The notes under the pieces are model-generated. The model searched no databases. It was not told the origin of the DNA and was given only the letters and a program-made list of their open reading frames with translations. A stretch of DNA of 61,775 nucleotides, counting the filler, from Sphacelaria rigidula (Eukaryota): the NCBI GenBank assembly GCA_964200075.2. It is 10 parts of 10 records of this genome, joined end to end, with 100 filler letters (N's around TTAATTAATTAA, not from the genome) between each part and the next. Parts side by side here need not be neighbours in the genome. Positions count along the whole stretch, not along the records: positions 24,753 to 30,840 come from CAXNAA020022322.1; positions 30,941 to 37,027 come from CAXNAA020022323.1; positions 37,128 to 43,214 come from CAXNAA020022324.1; 7 more parts are not named here. The stretch is one strand, 5' to 3'. A program made the translations under genes and the position numbers. Every line of letters starts with the position of its first letter. The stretch's first letter is position 1. This document shows positions 26,030 to 37,959 of the stretch, piece by piece.

Positions 26030-27095
26030 CGTGCATTGTATGAAAGAAACGTAAGGAGCGCCCGAATGTTGGAAGTGTCTCATCAGGAATAGTAGGAAGG
26101 GTGCTCCGTCTCGAAAGAGAGACGTGGCGGATGATGAGATGACTAGTGCAGGCAACAGAGGACTACGCCCTTTTCCGTCCCGGCCTTGTATTGACGGACC
26201 CCCGATGGGGTTGGCGTCATTCGGCGATGACGCTGTAAAACACGTCACTCACTGCGTAAGCTGGGCGACCAGGTTACTGATGTTTTTCGCGCGCTTGCGT
26301 TTGTTTTGCGGTAACCATGATGGCGGTCGAGCTAGATCATATTGTGCGCCCGAAACCTCAACTTCGCGCAAAGGGGATGATCGTACTACGGAGTGTTTAC
26401 ATAGTGAGACACCCATCAGGCAGTGCATAAGCCGTGGCTGTTTCTGGAAGTGGGAATACCAGAAGATGAAGCGACTAATTGAAGGGTGTAATCCTGCCGA
26501 TCGTCCCGGTGGCTAAGTTGGCAACCTCGAAACCTCCTGACGGTTGAGTCATGTTCATATCTCGGAGCGATCTGAGTTTTTTTCTCACACCATGCCCAAC
26601 AGTGGAGAGCGACTCTGTCGCGGATACACAAAATCCGACATAACGGTCGACGAGGTAAATGGAGTGCTGAACCCCTCTCGCGATGAAAAATAAAGGCAAG
26701 CACCGCAGAAGGAAGGAAGGGTACTACAAACAAATAAAGAAGAAAGAAAAGCTCCTGTGTTGACCTTCCTCCTGTGTGACCCCGGCTGGTGCGCCCACAC
26801 ATACCGACAGGCGTAAACCGGCGTCCAGAATAGGTGGGATGACAACACACACACAACACACACAATCCCACTGCAAGATAATCAGTACGCTTCGTGCCGG
26901 ACAGTGTCAGCAGGATGCAGCTCACCCTTCATGCGACCCGCCGAGCATACCACGGCGCTTCGTGCTTGGTGACGGATAGCGAGCCTGGTCCCGCGAGAAA
27001 CCAGCGTGCTCCGTCCCGGCTTCGTAGGGATACGAGGTCTTTCATCATATGACTATGATCATCAGTATCCCCCCCTCCCCCCCCTCCTCCCCCCT
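26030..27095 (+). mobile_element. LINE 3' end with long tail region and oligo-C terminus, interrupted by a SINE
   Basis: 26042-26170 resembles the LINE ORF2 C-terminus (KKRKERPNVG…GTGCTCCGTCTCGAAAG). It continues into the long tail repeat and ends in CCCCCCTCCCCCCC. Confidence 0.75.
26495..26863 (+). mobile_element. tRNA-derived SINE with (CA)-rich tail and AATCC target-site duplication
   Basis: A-box-like GGTGGCTAAGTTGG, degenerate B-box GTTCATATC, tail ACAACACACACAC; AATCC at 26490-26494 and 26864-26868; second copy at 45419-45669 (minus). Confidence 0.75.
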
Positions 27096-28472
27096 TGTTT
27101 CGCAGGATGTGTTGGTGATTCCAAGCGATCAACTCCTCGCTCCCCGGTGCCTGCCTTCCAATATGCTGTCGATTATTGAATGATGACCGAATATCAGCAC
27201 TCCCGGAAACCATGGATTTCCTTGATTCCGAAATGTTCCCGCGTAGTGCGTTGTCAAGCTTCTTCGATCGTACTTGGAAAAAGGTCCGGCTACTAGTCAT
27301 ACGGAATCAAAGTCCACCACGCAGAAATAGATCCAACTGATTGTCAGTGGCCGACGTTAGTGGGCCCCGCAGATTTCGAGTACGTTCAGTTGTGTCGTGT
27401 GGTTAACTCGGAACGTTCTTGCCATTTAATTGTTCCCTGCATGAACCTGGAACGGTGTTATTCTTTCCAGTCGGCTGTACTTTGATGAGTTCAAATTCCC
27501 TTCAGACTGTCAACGCGATATTGTTGAACTGAGCAATGGAGTCACTCTGAGCACTGTAGTCCACTGATCGTGTAGCTCGTGCATTTGTCTACATACGACG
27601 GAATGGTCACGTTCGACGCGTGCAGTATATGTATATATATATATATATATATTGAAAGCCAAGGTCTGGATAGGGATGTCCTGACGAGATCACCAATCGA
27701 CACAACAAGTGACCCTTAACAGTCCGCTCGCCATGACCAGCACAACCAGGGCTCTGACCATCTCTTCGTCTGCTTCCATGTATGCTTTCATGTGTGTATG
27801 TGCCGCCGAGTGGCAGACACCTTTGTCTCGGAGAAGACCGTTCCAATGGGGACAACAAAAACGATGGAGCCCGAAGGGATCCGTCTCGCCTGTATTGCTT
27901 GATCCCGTGACCCTGAACAACCAGGTGTGTCATCCTAGAGAACTCGAAATCACGAGCCTGGAATCAGCTTAGAGATAACCCTGGGCCACTTCTCAGTTCT
28001 CCTAACTTCTTACCCAAATACCACAGAAGATATTACGCCCAGCTCTTGTGGACCTTCGACAAGGCACAGCGATAGCTATCCTCGTCCAGGAGGTGGGTGA
28101 CACATATCCCCCGACGGCAGTGGTAATGTCCACTAGGTCGCCGAGCCTTAGCGTGTTTCACAACGAGGAAACCGAATCGTTCGTGTTACTTATCCGTAAG
28201 AAAAACAAAATTCCTTCGGCAGCTGAGAGAGAAGAAAACAAAGCAGAACACTGCAACAGAGAGAAATATATATATATATATATATGCATGTTAATCTACG
28301 CACTCAAAGGACTTGTCAACCGCATACACCCTGGACAAAAGAATACACAGTCAAAACGTGTACTGCGTACAGTATCGATTATTACGCCTGTTACCTCAGG
28401 CAATGGATTCCATGCTATACGCAGTACATTTGTTTACGATAGAATATTTTGTCCAGGGTGTGCAACCGCGTG

Positions 28473-29395
28473 CGCTCTATTCTCGATCAAACGTGAATGG
28501 AGGTCACTTCGCGCTTTTTGCAGCAATCACACCTTGCGGGTTGGTACCAACATTCACCCCAAACGCCCCCGTAACTCCCAAGTACCACTCCCCGGAACCC
28601 CCCCTCGGTACTTCTGCCTGGGTTTCTCGTTCAGTCCGCTGTTGCCGTGTTGTTGCTGTCGTCAGTATTTTCCCCCCTCCTCTTGACCAGGCCTTGTTTG
28701 AGCGAGTGTTATCGTCTGTTTCCGTTGGATCAAAATACCGGTTTTTCCACCACGCTTGTGTTGACAGCGGATGCATGAATGCCAGACGAATCGATCAACC
28801 TACTACAATACCCAACCAAGCAACCGGGCGATAAATCAACCAATCAATCGACAGGTTCTCCGTCATGGCACTGGGATCATCAGCCTACCCGGACGTTTGC
28901 ATGGCCGGGGAACGCATGGACGCCCTCCTGTGTCGCTCTATTCTCGATCAAACGTGAATGGAGGTCACTTCGCGCTTTTTGCAGCAACCACACCTCGCGA
29001 TTTGGTACCACGATTTACCTCAAACGCCCCCGTGACTCTCAAATACACACTCCCCGGAACCCCCTCTCGGTATCTCTGTCTGGGTTTCTATTTCAGTCCG
29101 CTGTTGCCGTGTTGTTGCCGTCGTCAGTATTTTCCCCCTCCTCTTGACCAGGCCTTGTTTGAGCGAGTGTTACCGTTTGTTTCCGTTGGATCAAAATACC
29201 GATTTTTCCACCACGCTTGTGTTGGCAGCGGATGCATAAATGCCAGACAAATCGATCAACCTACTACAATACCCAACCAAGCAACCGGGCGATAAATCAA
29301 CCAATCAATCGACAGGTTCTCCGTCATGGCACTGGGATCATCAGCCTACTCGGACTTTTGCATGGCCGGGGAACGCATGGACGCCCTCCTGTGTC
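28473..29395. repeat. Recent tandem duplication, period 461 bp
   Basis: Units start CGCTCTATTCTCGATCAAACG (28473, 28934) and end GGACGCCCTCCTGTGTC; high identity. Confidence 0.95.
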
Positions 29396-29475
29396 AACTG
29401 GGAGCCGAGCAGGCGTGCGTTGCCAAACTTGGAGACGAGCTGGATGCGCAGGCGCAGTCTGTGGCCGAGTGGCAG
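29316..29475 (+). CDS. Internal exon: FMN-binding (flavodoxin-like) domain of a diflavin reductase, NOS-like
   Basis: CAG|G…CAG|GTGGGC boundaries. Translates to FSVMALGSSAYSDFCMAGERMDALLCQLGAEQACVAKLGDELDAQAQSVAEWQ, which fits the NOS pattern FSVFGLGS.AYP.FC..G..VD..L..LG.E......GDEL.GQ......W. Confidence 0.75.
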
Positions 29476-31905
29476 GTGGGCGTCGGGAATCAGGAATGGG
29501 ACGGAGCACAGCGTCGGCGTGGTTCAATAGATGAGCTAATTAGGTCATGGTTGCACGGGGTAGACATCCCATCCCGTCCGACCCTGCTCTCTGTGTATTG
29601 CAGAGACCTTGGAATTAGTGGTGCTTTTGTACGGCAGGTGAATCGTCGGGACTGACTGTAGGGTAGTGGGAGACTTGAGCGCCGACTCGACATCTGCGCG
29701 GTCGAAGGTTCAAGCTACGCTCATTTTAGTTTGCGACCTTCCTGCTGTAGTCTCTTGAGTCTCCGATGTTTTGCCAAGTTGTGGGGATCTATGTTCACTG
29801 ACTACAGGAGCGTTGGTACAAGATGAGCCAAAGAATAAGAAAGAAAAAAAAACGTCAATGGCGTACGTTGACTCAAGATGAACGTACCTTCGCAGCTGGA
29901 GGGCTACGATCGTGCATACACAATGAAACGTCCATGTTGTCCTGTGACGTGCTTCTTTCATACTAACCTGGAACGCTGCATGTGTCTATCATTACAACCG
30001 CGGCCCGGTAGTCGGCGTGATGCATCTTGGAAACGTTGGGGTGAAGATGGGACTATGAATTCCATCAGATACGCTCTCTTTCCGAGGAGTACCTGATGCT
30101 CGCCGTAAAAGCTGTATCGACGCGAGTAGCAAAGACGATATGACCGAAAGTCGACGCGGTTCTAGATTGCTGATCCGGCTTGGGTCACCACAACATGAGG
30201 CATTTACCGGGCGAGAAAAGCATGAATTCCTTGAGAATACGAACTTGCCCCGAGCGCGGGAAGGGATGAAAGCATGACGAGAGATAAGGAGGCGCTTGTC
30301 GAGATCCTCACGTCAAAATTGCCCAACGAGACGGGTACTCAAAACGTTTTGTTTGACAATTCGGATGGGAGGGCAGTTGGTTTGTTTGTCTCATAAAAAA
30401 AGAACGCAGTAGTACCTCGTTTTTTTATGTATGCCTCGAAGGACGTTTTGTTCGGTTTCTACAATTCCAATGAGACGCAATCACACGTCCGGCAGATCAT
30501 GATCCGCCTGAAAATACTTCCTCACAGCGTACCGATCCGAATCATGATCCAAATCATGATCCGAATCATGATCCAGATCATTTGGCCCCCCGTTTCCGTG
30601 TTTGCTCCCTACAGCGCCGGACACCGAACACGCCGAGTAGTGGTTGCGCTTAGGCTTTTCAGACTCGGCGGCCACATGCATTTTTCGTTTTTGGACCGAC
30701 GAATCGGAGAGTCTAATCATTCTAGAGGGAATATAATCTGTCTGACGTGTAAACGCAATCAATCGCTCTTGCACCAGAGCTGACACTTAACAACAAATTG
30801 TGCGAATTGAGGTTTAACTTCGAGATGAGGTTCAAGCCTANNNNNNNNNNNNNNNNNNNNNNNNNNNNNNNNNNNNNNNNNNNNTTAATTAATTAANNNN
30901 NNNNNNNNNNNNNNNNNNNNNNNNNNNNNNNNNNNNNNNNGTCCTCCCCTTTCCTGGTTCCGCGGGGCAGCTTTTTTTCCGGGGTTTGACTCAAACCCTT
31001 TTTGCGAGGCCCCCCCCCCCCCCCCCAAAGTGCCTAGTTTGGGGAGGCAAAATCTTCACGTCAACCGAAATGAAACAAGCCAGGCGCAGCGAGCAGCTGC
31101 GAATTCCCACGCTTGGGTTCGTTCTCGTCAATGTGGCCCATACGAAGCGCTTCATGCAGCTTGAACTCAACAGGCCCTGTATGTCCATTTTTTTCGTAAC
31201 ACTTTTGGGCTGTTTTTTTTTTTTGGGGGGGGGGGGTTACCGTAGAAAGTGTCTTCACTGGAGCAAAAAGTGCTCTTCGGCTTCACTTGCGGCGCAATTT
31301 TATGGGTTTTCATTGAATAGTGAGGTGTTTTGGTGGGACGTACGTAAATAGGAAAGTACTGTCGGTAAGAAAGAGCTGAACACAAGCGCTTTCGGTGAAC
31401 AACATCGCATGAACGAAGATTTGGGCTCCGCGGAAGGCACGGTAAAGTTGCCGTCAGAGCTATTAATAGTGGTTGCGAAGCACAAGAGAGGCCCTCGCTT
31501 CTCACCTATTATTATAGCGCTGGAGCTACCGGCGTTGAATGAAGGTCAGCCGACGGTGTTTTTTCCAAAGGAGGTCTAACCTCTCAAGGGGACAACAACG
31601 GTCTTGTTTAACCAGTTTGGGGCCGGACCCCCTCTGTCCACTATCGAGGGGTGTAGCCCGTTGTCTGCGAGCGATGGTCCATTTCTGAATTGGCATCATT
31701 TTTACTTGAAAAATATATGACTAAAAATGATGCCGATTTACACTGGGCCCCCGACTCTGGTTAGTGGGGGATCCGGTCCGAACAGGGCTGTGAATATCAA
31801 TTTTTATATGTGCGGTTCTTGCGCTTCGATTTTTTTCTTGTGAATCAATCGATGAATGAATGTCAAACACAAACGACGGACGGATGGACGCGCGATAAAA
31901 TGCAG

Positions 31906-32055
31906 GTGAACATCCAAGACCTGGAGAATTCGTTCATGTTCAACACGGGGTTCCAGTCAAGCTCGGCCATCGCGAAACAGATGGAATACGCCGTTGGCAC
32001 GCTGTCCATCAGCCCGGACTTCTTGGCGGACCTCAGAAAGGAGCTGGATGGCAAG
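31906..32055 (+). CDS. CYP74-clan cytochrome P450 (CYP5164-like), I-helix exon
   Basis: TGCAG|GTG…AAG|GTGAAT, 150 bp, phase 0: VNIQDLENSFMFNTGFQSSSAIAKQMEYAVGTLSISPDFLADLRKELDGK. Confidence 0.8.
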
Positions 32056-32201
32056 GTGAATTTGGAGTTATGACCAACAAACTCATGTACGGTATTCTAT
32101 GTTCACACGCGACACTGTTATCAAGTACAACTGGAGCATGACCAAGTCATATGTGTTTTCTTGTTTTCCCACCGACGCAAAACACTTGTGCTACTACTAC
32201 G

Positions 32202-32232
<31 letters not shown>

Positions 32233-32264
32233 TGCTCTGAAATGTTTTTTTTTCTTCTTTTTTA

Positions 32265-32480
32265 CGTCACACACTTTCACCCCCTTCCTTACCTTAGGAT
32301 TAAACCGTGCTGGTCACAAGGGATCAACCCATCTCCCCCCGGTACACGCCTTGCATTTTGATATCGAGGGCCGGACCACCACTCCCGCACAGCGTCGACT
32401 GTCGTCCAATAGACTCTTCAGCTACTCACGTGCTCACATTTCCCACCATTTTCGACAAGGGAAATCGGATACTTTCAGCA
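32265..32480 (-). mobile_element. SINE-like repeat 3' part; related copy at about 55445-55588
   Basis: The two copies share CACACTTT…CCCCTTCC…CAAGGGATCAACCCA…CTCCCCCGGTAC…CATTTTGAT; the core resembles the 26495 SINE. Confidence 0.55.
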
Positions 32481-32811
32481 AAACTACGTGCATCTGCCGG
32501 TAATTGAAGCTGCCTTCCCTCGACGTGATGGTGCAAGCTGTACCGTTGGGCCGGGGCGCGGTGGCATATGCGTGTGACTCTTGACAGTTTCGCCGCCTTG
32601 TGGGAGTTTTGCCGCGGGGCGATCGATGCTTGTTGTTTTTTTTTCGCTGTTGCGGCCATCGCAGCATGGTGGTTCGATTGACCGTGCTGCCGTGCCTGTC
32701 TGTTTGTGTCTATTTTCCGATGATGGCATCTATTTTGTTTTGTTCTAGTCTTGTTTCGCGCCTTTTGTTGTTTTCACTCTCGCAACACTCAACCCAACAC
32801 CTCGTTCTGTC

Positions 32812-33010
32812 TTCGTCGTCGTCGTCGTCGTAGTAGTAGTAGTAGTTATTGTCGTTAATATTGTTGTTGTTGATGTTGCTGCTGCTGCTGCTGCTGCAGC
32901 CGTATTCCGTCTGTCTGTCTTGTCTGCCTCTGTCTCTATCTCTGCCTCTGTCTCTATCTCTGCCTCTGTCTCTGTCTCTGTCTCTGTCTCTGTCTCTGTC
33001 TCTGTCTCTC
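32812..33010. repeat. Compound microsatellite (GTC/GTA/GTT/GCT then TCTCTG hexamers) in P450 intron
   Basis: Directly visible; a (TAC)n tract also lies at 32191-32230. Confidence 0.9.
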
Positions 33011-33159
33011 TGTTCGTCATCTCCGTCTGCTGTTCTGCTTTTGTCTTCCTAAAGAAAAAAACCCAACCAGAACCACATTTGCCATATTTTTCTGATAATA
33101 AAAGCAAGCGCGTGACCCACCCTCCTCTTTGCCCCGTCTCCCGGCCGTTTGCTTTTCAG

Positions 33160-33264
33160 GAGTTGACCATGAAGAACGTTGACGACGTGAACGCTTTCCC
33201 CTTGCTGGACAGCTTCCACTGGGAAATCCTCCGCGTATTCCCCGCCCCCCCGTTCTTCTTCAAG
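33160..33264 (+). CDS. CYP74-clan P450, K-helix (ExxR) exon
   Basis: TTTTCAG|GAG…AAG|GTGCGG, 105 bp, phase 0: ELTMKNVDDVNAFPLLDSFHWEILRVFPAPPFFFK. Confidence 0.85.
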
Positions 33265-34861
33265 GTGCGGCACAGGCATAATGCTTATGCTGGACCAGTG
33301 CTTGGTTCCCCGGTGTAAGGCTTTCAGAAATAACTGCAAAGATGGTCAAGACTGGGGCAGCGTAAATTAGGATCAATTGTACATAGGTGTGGTGTCTTGC
33401 AGTGCGGACACACCAGGTGCGGCAACTTTGCGCGCGTGCGCTCGCGCATGTGTTTTTGCGTGTGGGTGTGTGTTAATCGTGGGGTCACTCATCTGGGTTC
33501 GAACCACGTGGAAAATGAAAAGCTCTCGGCAAGATTGTTTTTGACGTATACGATAGTGTTGGTGTTCGTTTGTTGAAAAAAAATGTACCATGGATTTTAG
33601 CCCGAATGTATAGGTCGCCTCACCCCAGGAACTACCCCTGAGCACCCCTCCTTTCTATACCACCGGGTACCGTTTTCTTTATAGTCCAGGTATGTCCCTC
33701 AGGCACCCTAGACTACTCCGTACAGTGGCTGTACTCGAAATGTTGCACACCCTGAACGATGACAATACATGATCAATAGTTGCAGTAGACGAAGAATGTA
33801 CTGTGTAACGTAGGGGCCTGACTAATGCCGAGATAGCCTCCCCACAGAAAGTGCACCGGAGATCGTCCGACAAATCGGCTGTGATTCCATTGTTGGGCTC
33901 GCTTGCAGCAACTTCGCCCACATGAGAAGCGCGAAGCCCTCCGAAATCAGCTATAACGCCCAAATGAGTCGCGTCGTGCAGCACGAAACCAGCTCTAACG
34001 GCATTTACGATCATCGCCTCCGTGCATTTCTTTTCCTGGTTCGGGGGGGAGCTATCTTGGCAGCAGTCGCCTGATGCAACTATTGTCGGCCGGCAATATT
34101 TCAAGGGTCGGACACATAATGAGTCGTCTGGAAATTACTTGGTTTTAGTATAGTTGATTCGAGTCGTACGAATCAGTCCCTAGGCCTTGTTTTCAGCGTT
34201 GCAACCCAGGTACACGCAGCCCAGACACGTGGAATGGCGCAAAAGTTGGGTGGATACCGGTTCGACCAGGGGTCAATTTTTCTCTCCCTTTTGGGCAACC
34301 AGGCCGGAGAAATCGTGGATTTGGTGATTCGTAGTCCTGATGATTCATCCTAACCGTGCAATATTTGCAATAGGCCCACACTTAACCCAGTACATTTTTG
34401 GTCTATTGCATCTGTTGACCATATACTGTCCAGGGTGTGAAATATTCTATAATTTCACAGTATATCTGGGGTACAGGGGTGCATGTACCCTATCCCGATC
34501 GCCTATGGAGAAGCTCCTGGTAGGGCTAAGGTCTTCCTCAGGATGTTTTTTGTGCGACGTAGAAGTGTACTCTATGGTCGGTATACATAATGTGCAACAT
34601 GAGAATCTTCTAGCAAGAAGAGCCATCCTTCAAAGCATCGACTACGTCAAATAAAGTCTTTCGTTGTTGTCAATAAACTACTCCATCCCACATAAACAGA
34701 ACACCATACGATTCGGACCGACGTCCGTCAACCCGCGAAACATGACGAGTTAACCAGTCGGCACATGTCACTCCTATCTTGGACTTTCGGAAATGAAACC
34801 CCGCTGAATTTATTTTTTCTCCTTTTTCGCGGTGATTCTGGACGTGTAGGTCATGGTTTCG

Positions 34862-34899
<38 letters not shown>

Positions 34900-36454
34900 T
34901 TTTGAGAAAAAAATTTTGGAGAAAAAACTTCGACGACAGTTCGCTGAAAAAATTGCTATGAACGATGCACCTCCAGCACATTCGTAGGACATGGTGTTGT
35001 TGCAGGGTCGAGAGGGAAAACCATGGTTGAAAATACTCCAAACATCATGCTATCGATGGCGAAGCCTTGGACCGCGTGCAGGTGTTTATTTTTCCATCAA
35101 TTTAACATCACCACGTCATATAGTCGCTTGGAAAGTGACTTGTTGTGTACCCGAAATACTCACTCTTGAGTCGATAGCAGGACTAATGAATACCCGGGAG
35201 CAGAGTGACTACAAGCAGGGCAATTCAGTGCCTCGCCAAGGGAGGCACGTCCGCACAAAAAGAGTCCATGGATGATGAACGTACGCGTTCACGCCGTTAC
35301 ACGCGAGCAGCATCCACCGCGCCTCTTGTTTTTTTTGTCAGTTCCTTATTCTGATAATTATTGATAGTGTTCTCCGATCTCTTGCCGCAAGGTCAGCGAA
35401 AATATTTTAACCAGAACAGGGGGCCTCAAGTCGAGCGAGCTTCACGTATGCTTATCGGCACCTTCATCACCCACGCTTCTGTTGTTGTTGTTGTTGTTGT
35501 TGTTAAAAGGAGCTCTGAAGAATGCGAACGAACGTTTTTCACGGAAACAAATTTTCTTCCATGGTGTTTGGAATGATGAAAAATGGTATTAATACCTCAC
35601 GAATGCACCTTCGAGGGCGACAAACTATTTCCCAGCATTCCGAACACCATCGAAAATTGTCTCCGTCACCATGAAAAAAGGTCTTTGACATTTTTCAGAA
35701 TCTCCTGTTTTTCGTGTGTTGTTGTCGCTGTTATTTACTGCCATGATCGGTGCTGTTCGCGGTTGTGCGGAAGGGACTCCTTGTGATGGTTCCTTTGTTG
35801 TGCACTCACTAAGTGTGAACGGTACAGTACTCTCCTGACCCTTGACGCCGTGGTATTTTATCCACCTGTAGAGTGATACCGCGGTGCCCCACCCCCCCCA
35901 AACCAGTCCCACATCTGTCACGAAGAGATATAGTAGTCGTGCAGCGCATGACAGCTGATTTCAGGCTGTGCATGAAGCGCCGCATGTTGGCGACACGGGC
36001 GAAGGTGATCGGAAGCGTCGGAGTTCCCAGCTACTCGGTGTGCTCGGCTGTTGTCGATTTTACTTTCACATTGACGCCAGCCAGTGGAAGCACTGTTGGA
36101 TCACTGCTGTTGAGGGACTCCCCAGTCTTACTGGCTTCAGTTTCAGTTGTCAGCATTTACAGCACTCTCATAATTCAGGAGTGACCTTCCAGGGCACCAG
36201 CTAGACCTGCAGATACCATATCCGTGTCCCCGGTCATTATCCAGAACACTCCAGAATCTCCGTGTCAGTCATTATTTATATCGTCACTACCAACTCAAAG
36301 TGACGGCGTATTTTCGTGACAGCACGTAGATTTCGCCTCCTCAAACCAGCCATTTTTCTGGCGCGCGGGGGTGGGAGTATCGTGACATCGCGCTGTAGTG
36401 GGTCTGACCCATCAATTCCTACACGCTTTCGTTAATGTTGACGGTGCGGTACAG

Positions 36455-36505
36455 GAGGCTAAGATGGACCTGCTGGTGCCCACGAGCAGCGGAAAGAAGT
36501 ACCAG
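36455..36505 (+). CDS. CYP74-clan P450, short exon after the K-helix
   Basis: TACAG|GAG…CAG|GTGTGT, 51 bp, phase 0: EAKMDLLVPTSSGKKYQ, comparable to the CYP74 segment AKKDLVIESHDAAF. Confidence 0.75.
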
Positions 36506-37474
36506 GTGTGTGCGTGTTGTGCATAATGTGTGTGTGCTGTTGTGCGTGTTTGTTGGGATGTGTTTATTTTTTTTTGCCAGGATGTGTTCTGTAGGGTAAT
36601 TCGGGTGTTTACAAGGGCATAAAAGAGGCAGTTTGTCGGCAAGTAACCTTCCGAACTTTGGCGGATTCTACGGAACGAGGTTCGATAGCCTGCTGGACCA
36701 TACCGGAACGTTCGGTACACATCTTCGATACGAGCTGGGCCAGCTTAAAAGCGTCTAAACCTTGCTCACACCACAGCTTTCCCAGTTTCCCGAGTGAACC
36801 CGATGTAAGCATATCACTGTGAAGTGTAGACCAAATTGGTAGCACACGGCACCGCCGCTGAATAAAGAAAAAATGAAAAAGATATACTGCATAATGAATC
36901 ACCTCAACGACGGACAAAAAAACAAAGAGAATATGTCGGGATTCGAACTCATGACCTCCACAATTGAAGTCTCCCATCACTTGATTTATAGGGGTGCAGC
37001 AGCGTCACGGAGAATGTTGAACGCACGNNNNNNNNNNNNNNNNNNNNNNNNNNNNNNNNNNNNNNNNNNNNTTAATTAATTAANNNNNNNNNNNNNNNNN
37101 NNNNNNNNNNNNNNNNNNNNNNNNNNNCATTTCGATTTACGTGAAGATTTTGCCTCCCAAAACCATGCACGTTTTGGGGGGGGCTATCGTAGAAAGTGTC
37201 CTGTATGCAGGCTTTTACTACAGCTATTGACATGCCCGTAGGTGACCCCTCAGTCAGTTCCCAGTTTTTGGTTCACCAAGGTTCTAGTTTGACAAAGCAT
37301 AAGACGAGCACATATTGATTGGACGTTTTTTACGGAGAGCATCAGGGATTGTCAATAACTACGTAGGGTAATTGACACAAACTTCCCAAGTGCGAATTCG
37401 CACTTTTGAGGTAACTGGTTTCTCCCGAGAACCCTCTCCGAAAACTCGATGGGGAAACGCCTTTCCAACGAGTG

Positions 37475-37920
37475 AACAGCCGATCATCCAAATTGAGAAC
37501 GGAGCTTTTCATTGAGAATGAGAACGTGGAAGGTTAAATAATATTCGTATCCGCACCAAACCTTCGGAATATCGTTCCGTTCCTTCACCTACTGGTAGCT
37601 GCTGACAACTGCTACACGCCCCACAAATTTGGTCTTCGATAACCGATATATCGGGGTCTTAGGTGAAAAAACAATTTTGGGGATTTGGCATGATCCGATC
37701 GGATCACCAAAATACCCCAAAACTGATTTCTTACCTAGGACCCCAACATCTCGGTTATCGAAATCCAAATTTGTGTGACGTGTAGCAGTTGTCAATAGCT
37801 ACCCGTAGGTAAAGGAGTGGAACAATATTTCGAACATTTTGTGCGGGTACGAAGATTTTAATCCTCCGTGTTCTCATCCTCAATGAAGAGCTCCATCCTA
37901 AATTTGCATTATCGGCTGTT
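37475..37920. mobile_element. 446-bp foldback element (imperfect palindrome)
   Basis: AACAGCCGAT…ATCGGCTGTT, symmetric about TGATCCGATCGGATCA (37691-37706). Confidence 0.85.
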
Positions 37921-37959
37921 AGTTACAGATGGAGAAAAAAAAAAAAACGATGAAGTTTG

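Noticed and set aside
26507..26575. tRNA gene (also the B-box GTTCGAATCC near 36940)
   Set aside because: No convincing cloverleaf; better explained as SINE heads.
32745..33107. ORFs rich in ET/SL/SV repeats
   Set aside because: Translations of an intronic compound microsatellite.
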